From the IMG/VR virus record IMGVR_UViG_3300020331_000002: a DNA stretch of 64,000 bases, one strand, 5' to 3'. Origin of the DNA: a virus. Lineage: Duplodnaviria > Caudoviricetes. The translations under genes were made by a program, and so were the position numbers. The notes under the pieces were generated by a model that was given only the letters and a program-made list of their open reading frames with translations, was not told the DNA's origin and did no database searches. How positions within the stretch are numbered: position 1 is the first letter of the stretch; each line of letters begins with the position of its first letter. This document shows, one piece after another, positions 19,198 to 28,760 of the stretch.

Positions 19198-19942
19198 TTA
19201 ATATACCCATCCATATTTCTTTAGTTTCAACTGGTGCTAGCTTTCCTGTACTTTTGCGATAGGTGTTAACGAGCGACATCCGGCGTGCGAGTGTGCTTTC
19301 TTCACCATAGTCACGTAAAACACCAGACACTTCCGGTAAGTCAGTTATTTCGAGCGGTAGGCTCCATTCCCTAGTAACTCTTGTTTCACCTGTTTCGAAG
19401 TTCTTAGAACTCACTTGTATTGCAGGAATATGTGCTTTTATCGGTGCAGCATCAGTAAATGTAACGTTGCGGTATAGGTAACGTATAGTGATCTCGTCGT
19501 TTTCGTAATCAATAATAAGCTTCGAACCGCTCAATGAGGAAAACTGAATCGAAATATATTTATATCTACCGCCTCTGGACACTATATCAAGGCTTAGCGC
19601 GGGTTTACGACAAGCAGCAAGGCCGATTCGGCCTTTAAGGAATTCATGCGATACGCGTTCTTCTACGCCTCGTTTTTGATACACTGATAACTTAACTGTG
19701 TTGAAGTAGTCGCTGACTTTGCTACCGATTCGGAGGTGTGTTTGACGATTGCCTATTTCGTGCGTTTCGCTGAACACACTACCTTTTTTGACTTGGGTAA
19801 GGATACGTGCGTTGTGCTCAACTATTGCTTCAAGCTTTTCTCGAAGCGCATCGAAATCAGGTTTACGCGCACGAGATACGGTAGGTAGTATCTCCATCAC
19901 GTAACCATAGAACTCTTTAGTTAGGCCGTACATGTCAAACAT
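19187..19942 (-). CDS. Hypothetical protein, C-terminal-motif array (ETKEIWMGILNGF)
   Basis: 251 aa; own sigma70 promoter and AAGGAG RBS. Confidence 0.75.
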   Translation of the reverse strand: MFDMYGLTKEFYGYVMEILPTVSRARKPDFDALREKLEAIVEHNARILTQVKKGSVFSETHEIGNRQTHLRIGSKVSDYFNTVKLSVYQKRGVEERVSHEFLKGRIGLAACRKPALSLDIVSRGGRYKYISIQFSSLSGSKLIIDYENDEITIRYLYRNVTFTDAAPIKAHIPAIQVSSKNFETGETRVTREWSLPLEITDLPEVSGVLRDYGEESTLARRMSLVNTYRKSTGKLAPVETKEIWMGILNGF

Positions 19943-19968
19943 TAAATGCTCTCCTTTATCATAAGCAC

Positions 19969-19997
19969 AATATACGACACAAACAACCGTTAGTAAA
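19969..19997 (-). promoter_or_regulatory. Sigma70-type promoter internal to the array
   Basis: TTTACT-N17-TATATT, followed by AAGGAG. Confidence 0.7.
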
Positions 19998-20014
19998 GAA
20001 AGTTTTCTAATTGA

Positions 20015-20791
20015 TTATGTGTACTGTATTCTGTTTGTGAAAATCTCAGGATAAGTTAAAGGTGGTTGGTTATATTGTATGCGCTTTTTGTCGACATAGT
20101 CCATAGCGCTGTTGAAACTACGTTCACCGACAATTGCCCATTCTTGCTGCAATAAGCGCTCGCTAGACGGCGTGTCATTTACGAAATCGGTGTTTAATAC
20201 AAACTGGCGCGGTAGGTGTACTCGTAAAGGTACCCGTTCCTCCCAAAGTCTGCGCTGGGATAGGGTTTCGTAATTGGCCAGAGTTAGCCCTTCGTCAGTT
20301 AATGTCACTGAGCGAGATCCAAAAAAGTCAGACTCGGTGCGCATGCACAAACCGGCAGAGCTAAGTTCTGATTTCTTTGTTAAGTTAACATTCATAGAAA
20401 CGTCAAGAACGCGTCTATACGGGTGTGTTTTTCGTCCACGCTTGCTAGGATACGTGCGCAGTGCGTAAACGTTGAAAGACCAGTACATGCTCGCAAGGAC
20501 AGAGCGACCTACACGTATTTTAAATTCGCGGCCATTGACTACCAAATTTGGTGATGAATGCTCCCAAGTACCAGTGCTTTCATCGTTCTGGTTCCTGAGT
20601 TCAGCACAAGCCGTCGCGATTTCAACAATAGTAGTGTGCCATTTCGTGCGAAGCGCTCTCATGGTGTCATAAGTAGCTTGCGGATCGGGGCGTCTGACTT
20701 GACTAACACCGGTAACAATACCGAAGCCAGTTTTTATGAAATCAAGTGCACAGCTTTCAGCTGCCTGTATTATTGCTTCACTAGGCTTCAC
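20015..20791 (-). CDS. Hypothetical protein, C-terminal-motif array (LTYPEIFTNRIQYT)
   Basis: 258 aa; GTG start overlapping the upstream gene. Confidence 0.7.
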   Translation of the reverse strand: MKPSEAIIQAAESCALDFIKTGFGIVTGVSQVRRPDPQATYDTMRALRTKWHTTIVEIATACAELRNQNDESTGTWEHSSPNLVVNGREFKIRVGRSVLASMYWSFNVYALRTYPSKRGRKTHPYRRVLDVSMNVNLTKKSELSSAGLCMRTESDFFGSRSVTLTDEGLTLANYETLSQRRLWEERVPLRVHLPRQFVLNTDFVNDTPSSERLLQQEWAIVGERSFNSAMDYVDKKRIQYNQPPLTYPEIFTNRIQYT

Positions 20792-21503
20792 AAGTTACTC
20801 CGTGTTGTAAACAAAGCATTGAGCGCTCAGCGGGGTCAGCTACGTGCTTTAATTTGTCGTATACTTGCATTGCAAGCGATCCGCCCATATAGTTTCTACC
20901 GCGCTCAACGATAGTGCTATCCGGGTGTAAGCGCCATACAGCAAGTGTCGGTGAGTCCATAAACAGTGCGTTTTTGTTTGTAACGCCAACTTCGCGTGAA
21001 ATATTGATTATTTTTTCTTTCGGCGATGTTGAGTCAAACATTTTTTTATGACTTTTTTTCAACGATGCGTCAATGTTAAATGGGAAGTGGTATGTCGCTG
21101 CTTCAAGGCTGACGTGTTTAACACGATATTTGTCGTCGCTATATGAACTGAACACTGTACTCAGCTCAACATATGCACGGTCATGCAAGTTTACTCTGCC
21201 GTTTGAACGTTCTAACATACTAATTGTAGCAGTTACTCGCACGGTGCCCGGGCGATAATCTTCAAACGTATTGTTTTCAGCCACATCTAAAGTCAAGCAA
21301 TACTTGGTACGCTTTGTATCAAGCAATGTCATCGGGGCGCCGCGGTACAGATCAGCTTTGAGCAACGTATCACATAAACCAGGAATCAAATTAAGGATTT
21401 CTTCAGCGCCTTCGTACGATGCACTATCACGAAGTCTAAAGTGGTGACGCGCTTTGATTAACTTTTTCACAAACGTATTGATTTCAGCAGCTAATTCTTT
21501 CAT
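20781..21503 (-). CDS. Hypothetical protein, C-terminal-motif array (DPAERSMLCLQHG)
   Basis: 240 aa; ATGA-coupled. Confidence 0.75.
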   Translation of the reverse strand: MKELAAEINTFVKKLIKARHHFRLRDSASYEGAEEILNLIPGLCDTLLKADLYRGAPMTLLDTKRTKYCLTLDVAENNTFEDYRPGTVRVTATISMLERSNGRVNLHDRAYVELSTVFSSYSDDKYRVKHVSLEAATYHFPFNIDASLKKSHKKMFDSTSPKEKIINISREVGVTNKNALFMDSPTLAVWRLHPDSTIVERGRNYMGGSLAMQVYDKLKHVADPAERSMLCLQHGVTCEA

Positions 21504-22156
21504 AAACCTTGCAACCTTGTAAGAGTAATAAGTCTAGTCTTTTCTTCGTCAGCAATGTCTAATCTCTTTATCTGTTCAACAACACTGCCACCGCTATAAT
21601 TGGAATTATAACTGATTGTCTGTTTGGTTGTCAAGCAGATTTCTGCATTTTGTGTCATTGGTATTAGCGGAAACGTAAGACCAAGTTCAGATCGTAAGTA
21701 TTCATCCTCTCTAGTCCACGATATATAAGGCTTGCCTGACACATCATACAAAACAAGAGTAATGGAACTTGTACCAAATCTTGTGTCACTCATTACCACA
21801 GTAGTAGGGCTATTATGCTTTGTGATCACCGTAAGCCTACGTGTTACATGGCGCTCTTCGTCATTTGACAGTATTTGTTTTTGTATCGATAATAACTCAA
21901 ATCGCCTGGCCTCTACACGAGTTGCGGGCTTACGTGCGCTCACACCTACTTTATGTGTGTCAGTATCGTATATGATCGCATCGCGCATCATAGTCGCGTT
22001 CGGGCATACTTCTTTCACTGCGAGGCGACTTAAGCTTTCCATCTGCTCAATAAACAATACCATGGCATCGATATCATCTGCTCTTCTTAGTGAACGAACA
22101 TTGCTGGTTACCAGCTTGCCTATGTGGTTTACAATTTCTAATATTTCATCATACAT
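21500..22156 (-). CDS. Hypothetical protein, C-terminal-motif array (IADEEKTRLITLTRLQGL)
   Basis: 218 aa; 8-nt overlap with the upstream gene. Confidence 0.75.
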   Translation of the reverse strand: MYDEILEIVNHIGKLVTSNVRSLRRADDIDAMVLFIEQMESLSRLAVKEVCPNATMMRDAIIYDTDTHKVGVSARKPATRVEARRFELLSIQKQILSNDEERHVTRRLTVITKHNSPTTVVMSDTRFGTSSITLVLYDVSGKPYISWTREDEYLRSELGLTFPLIPMTQNAEICLTTKQTISYNSNYSGGSVVEQIKRLDIADEEKTRLITLTRLQGL

Positions 22157-22931
22157 GTTGAAGCCTTAGCAATGCGATACGAGACGGGTCAACTTTGTCT
22201 TTATTATTACCTAGACGATTGCGTATGTGTATGTCAATATCATTTCGTATGAAATACGCATTACCGCTAAACTGTTTATCGTCAGCGCTAAATACCGATG
22301 TTTCAATTTCCGGCGATTCCAAAAACAACGGATAGCTTTCTACATTACCTACGTTACGTTTGAACTGCATATATGCGGTGCCTGTTTGCGACAATATTTT
22401 AATAGGTAACTTAGACATACTGTACGACACACGAATTACTGATCTCGGATCAGACCCGCTCTTACCAGGCACATTGGCTGATCGAATAGATAACTTAAAT
22501 GGTTTCTTTGCTAGGTACGAGTTGGATATTGTTACCGTAAAGCCGTTGTCGCTCTCTGAATTATAAAAGGTACTTATTGTCAACGTGATCTCGTGTATGA
22601 ATACCGATAGTGACAGGCTTTCTGCCTTAAACGGATCCTTTATAAGTTGTATCTGTCTAGGGTATAAACCAGTCGAGTGTGCTAATTCAGCATAAGACAT
22701 CGCTTCCACGACTTTGCGGGCTTTGTTGGCTATCGATACATGTGCGCGTCTAGTTCGCTTATACTTGCCTCTAGTTGTAGTCAGATACAACCTGTTCTTT
22801 AACACACACTCGATCAGATCTTTAGTGGTTTTCATATACCGCTTATAGCCAGGCGTGTTATCGTATACTCTACGATTCCTAATAGGCTCATATACTCGTT
22901 GCGAGAACGTATCTTTATCCATAATGTCCAT
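22149..22931 (-). CDS. Hypothetical protein, C-terminal-motif array (VDPSRIALLRLQHV)
   Basis: 260 aa, basic. Confidence 0.75.
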   Translation of the reverse strand: MDIMDKDTFSQRVYEPIRNRRVYDNTPGYKRYMKTTKDLIECVLKNRLYLTTTRGKYKRTRRAHVSIANKARKVVEAMSYAELAHSTGLYPRQIQLIKDPFKAESLSLSVFIHEITLTISTFYNSESDNGFTVTISNSYLAKKPFKLSIRSANVPGKSGSDPRSVIRVSYSMSKLPIKILSQTGTAYMQFKRNVGNVESYPLFLESPEIETSVFSADDKQFSGNAYFIRNDIDIHIRNRLGNNKDKVDPSRIALLRLQHV

Positions 22932-22932
22932 G

Positions 22933-23835
22933 TTAATATTGCTCTCCGAGTACGAACAATGCTGCGGTAGACCGCTTTAGTATAGGCCCATGCATCTCTT
23001 CAACCAATTTGGCTTCTTCTAAATACTGACGCAATGTTAGCGTTATATCAAACCCGTAACGCCAACGTCTTAGGTTTAGTTTTAGTTTGTTAGTGCCTGA
23101 TACCTGCACATACGTAGAAACCACAGGCACAAACGGTCTGAACAATTCTAGTGATTCGTACATCCAATGATCCGCGGTACATAGTGCCTTATCAGTCACA
23201 GTACATGACATCATACGGACGTCTGTATGTTTATTTGCCACAAACACTATCTCGCCAATATTAGACGAAAGACGAACCTTTCTTTCAGCTGAAGGTATAC
23301 CGTCCCAGTTAGACCATAATCCAGTGCGTGCGGTTGCTGTTACCATACGGTGCTCCATATAATGCTCATATGAAGCCCTAGACCAGCGCCTATAGAATAC
23401 CGCACTTGGTCCATATAACCTTGTCTTAACGAGTTTGCTATGTTTACTGAATGTTATTTGCACCGTATACACGACGTCGTTATATTCAATAGTAACACCG
23501 TAACTTTCACAAGTGTAATCACCATCCACGATACATACGTTAACGGGATCAACAGTGTGTATCCGCTTACGCGTCAATGTTACTTTTACGTCAGTGCCAG
23601 GCAAACGACACAAGTAAACTGGGTTGAAGTCACCTGACTTTAAGATGGCCGGGCCAATTTCTTCATCAACGAACGTTATTAAGTCGCCCAGCATCTTATG
23701 CACTGCTTTACCTACAGCGACAACGCCTACATCTTCCCGTGGACCAAATCTAAACGACACCTTTCGTCTAGTTTCAACACGTTCTTTGCGTAGGCGCATT
23801 AGGTGCGTCAGTAGTTTGTTTCCTGGATTACGCAT
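22933..23835 (-). CDS. Hypothetical protein, array member with a weak motif (RSTAALFVLGEQY)
   Basis: 300 aa; its start lies in the TAT-GCG codons of the upstream gene. Confidence 0.7.
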   Translation of the reverse strand: MRNPGNKLLTHLMRLRKERVETRRKVSFRFGPREDVGVVAVGKAVHKMLGDLITFVDEEIGPAILKSGDFNPVYLCRLPGTDVKVTLTRKRIHTVDPVNVCIVDGDYTCESYGVTIEYNDVVYTVQITFSKHSKLVKTRLYGPSAVFYRRWSRASYEHYMEHRMVTATARTGLWSNWDGIPSAERKVRLSSNIGEIVFVANKHTDVRMMSCTVTDKALCTADHWMYESLELFRPFVPVVSTYVQVSGTNKLKLNLRRWRYGFDITLTLRQYLEEAKLVEEMHGPILKRSTAALFVLGEQY

Positions 23836-24700
23836 AATTCAACCTCATCAAGGCAAACTGTTCTTCTGTTAGACGATCACCGATGCACCACTCAGCCACT
23901 GTTTCGCAAGAATTGCTTATCTCTGGCAGGGACTCGTAATCAGCGAGATACACGTTTTCTGCTATTACGGTGTTACTAGTATCGTAATACTTGTCGAAAC
24001 TAGCAAACATCATGGCAGACTCTTCATTGTTGAGAATATTAGCCCCGGGGTGGTAACGACACGAGATTGCATTAGGACCTGGGTTATCGTAGTCAAACCG
24101 TCTCATATACACTATCTGTGACCCGTGTTTATATGCAAGTGAATGTCCACGCACCCAGATCGCACATAGCCCTCTTCTCGAGGAGGCATACGCTAGATGA
24201 ATAGGGCGCTCGATAGACATGTCTTTGTTTGGGCTGCTCATGTTTATAGTCAACATGTAGTCGTTTCTGGGCTGGTGTTTATAAAAGTGTAACGTGAAGT
24301 CAACATGCACATTACCAGCGACCACAATAGTTACCCGACGAGAAAACCTGTCCCGCAAAGTTACTTTGGGATCATACTCTGCTACTTCTTCAAGTTCGAC
24401 TTTGGGAATGAAATCCACGTTGTATAGCTTAGACGCAATATAAGTAGATAACGATGAGCTGCCGACAAGTCGAAACACTGCGCGTTCAACCGGGCGGCCT
24501 TCATCATCCATTACACGGTTAATACGTTTGGCTACTGCTAGGTGAGTCATCTTGCAATCGTCGGAAAGTGCATTGCTTATAGCCTTTATGTTGGCCACAA
24601 CATCATACCCAAACACGTAGGAATCCTTATAATTTTCCATCACCGTACTCCAATTTAAGTCGTATACGTTCTTCGGCTGATACGCGGGATAGTATGTCAC
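23828..24700 (-). CDS. Hypothetical protein, C-terminal-motif array (LTEEQFALMRLNYA)
   Basis: 290 aa as called; the true start may be 24640 (MENYKD). Confidence 0.75.
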   Translation of the reverse strand: MTYYPAYQPKNVYDLNWSTVMENYKDSYVFGYDVVANIKAISNALSDDCKMTHLAVAKRINRVMDDEGRPVERAVFRLVGSSSLSTYIASKLYNVDFIPKVELEEVAEYDPKVTLRDRFSRRVTIVVAGNVHVDFTLHFYKHQPRNDYMLTINMSSPNKDMSIERPIHLAYASSRRGLCAIWVRGHSLAYKHGSQIVYMRRFDYDNPGPNAISCRYHPGANILNNEESAMMFASFDKYYDTSNTVIAENVYLADYESLPEISNSCETVAEWCIGDRLTEEQFALMRLNYA

Positions 24701-25367
24701 TAAACTCTACCGGCGAGTCATTTAACATCCACTGTGACCTTAGTACCTGTTTCACCTTACTAAAGTCATCAATATCGTACTGGACTGTCATAGTAGCAGG
24801 CCGTTCTAATGAATGAATGACAAAATCAGTAGTTATTTGATCTGCATTCATATTAGCCGGATTTAGGTCGGTATTACTATAATAACCATATGACGTAACA
24901 CATGGCGTATGGCCGTTAACAATTTTTTTCGTACCGTTTATGTGTTCTGTGGCAAGGTTCATTGACGTTGACGAGTTATAAACATACTTGACCGCGTTTG
25001 ACGTACCGACACCTTTAATAATCATTACAGTAGGCGGCCATTTTCCTTGGCGAGACTCTTCAAGTGAGCGGGTGGCAATCGCTGCCATTGTTTCACGAGT
25101 AAACTGGGTGTGGAATGTCATACCGATACTAGTACGCGTGGCCGGACTCGTAAACATTACGCTAGTCACCAACCTACGATTGGCACTCACAACGATGCCG
25201 TATTGTCGTTTGATTGCAGGTGCGCGGCCGTTTATGTAAGTGACTGCACAATCATGTAGAGGCGGTACGCCCACTATGGTTGTCATTGTAGTCATCTTAA
25301 AGATAAGGTCTTCAAGATTTCTAGGCAATGCAGATAAACTGGATACCGTGTCTAGCATCGTTGTCAT
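24627..25367 (-). CDS. Hypothetical protein, C-terminal-motif array (VSAEERIRLKLEYG)
   Basis: 246 aa. Confidence 0.75.
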   Translation of the reverse strand: MTTMLDTVSSLSALPRNLEDLIFKMTTMTTIVGVPPLHDCAVTYINGRAPAIKRQYGIVVSANRRLVTSVMFTSPATRTSIGMTFHTQFTRETMAAIATRSLEESRQGKWPPTVMIIKGVGTSNAVKYVYNSSTSMNLATEHINGTKKIVNGHTPCVTSYGYYSNTDLNPANMNADQITTDFVIHSLERPATMTVQYDIDDFSKVKQVLRSQWMLNDSPVEFSDILSRVSAEERIRLKLEYGDGKL

Positions 25368-25433
25368 TAATGTTGCCTTCTTTGTTAAACGTGTATATTA
25401 TTAGATTAACAAAATCGGCAACAAGACACAAGA

Positions 25434-26258
25434 TTATCCGTAATTTAATCTATATAAGAGGTATTCTGAAGGGCTAAGGTGTCGTTTAAGATAGTAGTCA
25501 CCCATGCCACCGAGTGCGGATTTCAAATCACATAAATCAATCAGTGTATATGAGCTATGCACTGGTCCATCGCTGTTCGGTGGCCTATGATGTGATTCAT
25601 ACATAGCAAAGCATTCGTCAACTGCAACGTTTTTTACTCTACCGCTTGGTCTAAAGTCGTCATGAAGAGGCATCCAGAGTTTAATTGACCGCCCAAACGG
25701 CATAGGCGCGTCAGTCATTTTACGACCTAATACTTTAGCCGGGTTTGGAAGATACGATACCCGTTGGTGATAGTCACTTATGGATATAGATAATACTGAC
25801 CTCCCGCTTGATATTCGCACATCAAGAGCAGGTATACCGTGTGCATGGTTATTCAGAGTGAGCTTTGTTATGAAACGAGCGGTATCATTTGGGTTTATTA
25901 AACTAAGATATTCTGACTTATTAATCTCCCAAACCTGATCTTTACTGGTGACTGATTTTCCGTTTATCACTAAATCAGTCATAGGCCAAGCTGGTGACAC
26001 AGTATCGCCGACATACCTTATACGTGCCTTCACAATTATCCCTGACAGTTCAGTGACACAAGAGTGGATGCATTTCAAATCATTTGCTAGTTGATCAGCA
26101 AAATTACCGAAGTCCTTTTTATGACGTGTCAGTTTACGCACTCGGCGAAAACTACCCAACACGTCATCGAAGTTAGACGACAGCTCTACTTTCTTGTCAC
26201 CAAATTCTGCATAACTAATCATTGCATCTCCAAGAGTGAACAGAACCTGCTTGTACAT
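25434..26258 (-). CDS. Hypothetical protein, C-terminal-motif array (LSPSEYLLYRLNYG)
   Basis: 274 aa; first gene of the array. Confidence 0.75.
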   Translation of the reverse strand: MYKQVLFTLGDAMISYAEFGDKKVELSSNFDDVLGSFRRVRKLTRHKKDFGNFADQLANDLKCIHSCVTELSGIIVKARIRYVGDTVSPAWPMTDLVINGKSVTSKDQVWEINKSEYLSLINPNDTARFITKLTLNNHAHGIPALDVRISSGRSVLSISISDYHQRVSYLPNPAKVLGRKMTDAPMPFGRSIKLWMPLHDDFRPSGRVKNVAVDECFAMYESHHRPPNSDGPVHSSYTLIDLCDLKSALGGMGDYYLKRHLSPSEYLLYRLNYG

Positions 26259-26812
26259 TCAGGCTTCTTGCTGACTAGATTAAAACGATTCTTAATGCGC
26301 GTGATACATAGCTTGATAAGACCTGCTTTTTGGGTAACATCTTCTGAATACTCAAGACCGCGTCGATATACAAACCCAGCATTATACGACGCAAGGGCCA
26401 TAGGATGATTGCCACCACGTATGCGTAACCAGTAGTTTATCTCGTTTATGGCTAGACGCGCACCGAGACCCTGATCCATCACCAAATCTTGGGCAAGTAC
26501 GTTTGCCATAAACGATTCCCTGTCTATTCCAAGACGGCTTGTAGCTGTGTCGATATGTATTGCATAAGGACCAAAGCTAGGGTCATTTATGTTCATCAAA
26601 TACTTGCCGAGATTACTTTCCCGCCACGCAATGGCAGGAAGCACAGTCTCGAGACCGTACTCCTTGCCAAACTCGTAGCTGGTTACCAATACGTTTGCTT
26701 GATCGCTGTTTATCCTGATGTTCGCGTCACAGAACTCATCTATAGCCTGGTGCTGTGTACTACTCACAGATAATCCCAACGTAACTCCTACGACAGCGAA
26801 TATGTTAATCAT
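26219..26812 (-). CDS. SLT-family lytic transglycosylase with a hydrophobic N-terminus
   Basis: AIAWRES (catalytic Glu) and ALASYNAG motifs of the lysozyme-like SLT family. Confidence 0.8.
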   Translation of the reverse strand: MINIFAVVGVTLGLSVSSTQHQAIDEFCDANIRINSDQANVLVTSYEFGKEYGLETVLPAIAWRESNLGKYLMNINDPSFGPYAIHIDTATSRLGIDRESFMANVLAQDLVMDQGLGARLAINEINYWLRIRGGNHPMALASYNAGFVYRRGLEYSEDVTQKAGLIKLCITRIKNRFNLVSKKPECTSRFCSLLEMQ

Positions 26813-28116
26813 AGCGTTGTTATGTCATTAATCAAGTGGGCTTCAAACTTGTTGCCGCCGTTCGCTTCTTCATCAATAAGACGCTTGGCGAACATAGTTA
26901 TCTCGCGCACGGTTTCGTAGGGGCTGCACTTGTTTTCTTTTGACAACAAGAGAATCGCTTTAATCATTGCCGCTTGTGCTTGGTGTGTATGCAACTCAGG
27001 ATCGTAGTTGTCTGCCACTTCCAAGTAACCGTAGTACTGCATCATACTGAACACAGTGTTATCGAGCCGGAAACTAGAATCGTACATCGATCTTCCATTG
27101 TTGCGAAGAATTTGTATTCCCTCGTTGGCAGCCTGTAGTCCAACTGTCGCAACAATTATATCGTATGCTGTCTGTACCACATATCCGGAGAATGACATAA
27201 ACGGATCACTAGGTGCGCCCGGTAGTTCACTAAGAGCAAGACCAAGCAATGCCCCGCTCTGGCCGCAACTCGAGTGCATCGGATTAGTAAACCAGTGTAT
27301 GGTATTGTGAAAGGACGCGTGTGCATCTGTACGGTAGTACTCGTTGTTCTTGAATACCTCGGCTTTTAGGCTTTCGTCAAAACCGATGAATTTTTTCTTA
27401 TAACTCATGAACGCGTTAACCAAAGACTGTGTTCTGCGGGTAGCTTCCCTGGAGTCATATAGGTGCCCGATTTTTGCGCATGACTGCGTCATTTCGATTG
27501 GCGAAAACCCGGTCAGCAAAGCTTGTGTTATATTGTCGGCGTACGGCCATTTGGTCAGGTTACAAAAGCCACTCAACGTGGCCGCGTGGTTGAATAACAG
27601 TGACACCTCGCACGAGTCAGCATAAGAGAAAGTATTAGAGTTCACTTTATTCAAAAAGGTGCCGCAGTCCTCTCGATCAGCCAGCAGGCGCTCAGCAGTC
27701 GTTAAACCGGTTTTATCAGCACGGATCATTCCGTATACGAGCATCGACAGAAGCTTGTACGGGAAGATTGTCGTACCACGTTCCGTATCATTTGTGCTGT
27801 GCATGCCCGGGTGCTCAGGAATAAACGGATCCGGTTTATGTGCTGCCTTTGCCAAAAAGCTTTCAGAATGAGGTTCTTGGTTAACTGACGCTAGCTTGTC
27901 AGCAAGTGCGTTAGACAGTTCAAGCTGTTTGAGTACTTCTTTCTTCTCGTTCGCCTCTCTGATAGACTGCACGGTGACCCTGGGCTGCACTACCGAATCA
28001 GAGTCGTGTAATTCTGTAGCCAATCGGTACGGTGTTAAGACACCATGTGCGTTCATCTCTTGCATGCTAAATTCCTTTGTCTTAGCCGATGCGATGGGTT
28101 GGTTTCCGGTGTTCAT
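26809..28116 (-). CDS. Hypothetical protein
   Basis: 435-aa coupled ORF; no motif recognised. Confidence 0.7.
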   Translation of the reverse strand: MNTGNQPIASAKTKEFSMQEMNAHGVLTPYRLATELHDSDSVVQPRVTVQSIREANEKKEVLKQLELSNALADKLASVNQEPHSESFLAKAAHKPDPFIPEHPGMHSTNDTERGTTIFPYKLLSMLVYGMIRADKTGLTTAERLLADREDCGTFLNKVNSNTFSYADSCEVSLLFNHAATLSGFCNLTKWPYADNITQALLTGFSPIEMTQSCAKIGHLYDSREATRRTQSLVNAFMSYKKKFIGFDESLKAEVFKNNEYYRTDAHASFHNTIHWFTNPMHSSCGQSGALLGLALSELPGAPSDPFMSFSGYVVQTAYDIIVATVGLQAANEGIQILRNNGRSMYDSSFRLDNTVFSMMQYYGYLEVADNYDPELHTHQAQAAMIKAILLLSKENKCSPYETVREITMFAKRLIDEEANGGNKFEAHLINDITTL

Positions 28117-28760
28117 CGTCTATCCTTACTTTTTCTAACCAATGTGAGTATGGTATCGGATATATCTCTGAATGGCTGGATTATATCATGCTGAGCAATA
28201 TCCGGGTTATTGTATCGCGCAACCAATGCGTAATACTTACGGTATAATTCATACATTTCGTTCCAGTCATCACACAAACGAAGATAATCTGCGTGAAATT
28301 CGGAATCGGTTTTACTGCGTATGAATCCAGTAATGTTAGAGTCGTTGGTGACGTTCATATCCAGCATAGGCCAATTGTCTGCGCCAGTGCGTATACCAGC
28401 AGCGTCTAGGAAGTCTAGATACTCGTGTAACAAGCGAATACTGGCCGAAGTGTCTAACACCTTAATGCCGTGTACTTTACGATATAGGGTTTCACTGAAC
28501 GCGATAATTTGATCATCACTGTTAATCGGTACGTCTTCTGATTCGGATTCAGAGTAACGCTGTATAACTTTTTGATCAACGAGGCTCGCAGCAAGCATGG
28601 CTGGATCACCAACTGACGGAGCGCCTGCGGGTGATAGTATAGACATTAGTCTACAAAAGTAAGGACACTCGCTGTGGTCGTTTGTGCTGAACATCACCAC
28701 ACGTTCGCTGGCCAACGCCTTTAGGTTGGCTTCGATATATTCATCCGGATCTAAAATCAT
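28113..28760 (-). CDS. Hypothetical protein
   Basis: 215 aa; ATGA-coupled on both sides. Confidence 0.7.
   Translation of the reverse strand: MILDPDEYIEANLKALASERVVMFSTNDHSECPYFCRLMSILSPAGAPSVGDPAMLAASLVDQKVIQRYSESESEDVPINSDDQIIAFSETLYRKVHGIKVLDTSASIRLLHEYLDFLDAAGIRTGADNWPMLDMNVTNDSNITGFIRSKTDSEFHADYLRLCDDWNEMYELYRKYYALVARYNNPDIAQHDIIQPFRDISDTILTLVRKSKDRR

Noticed and set aside
25385-25425. Sigma70 promoter in the 25368-25433 gap of the array
   Set aside because: Only imperfect box and spacing combinations (e.g. TTGTTG-N18-TAATAT); plausible but not supportable
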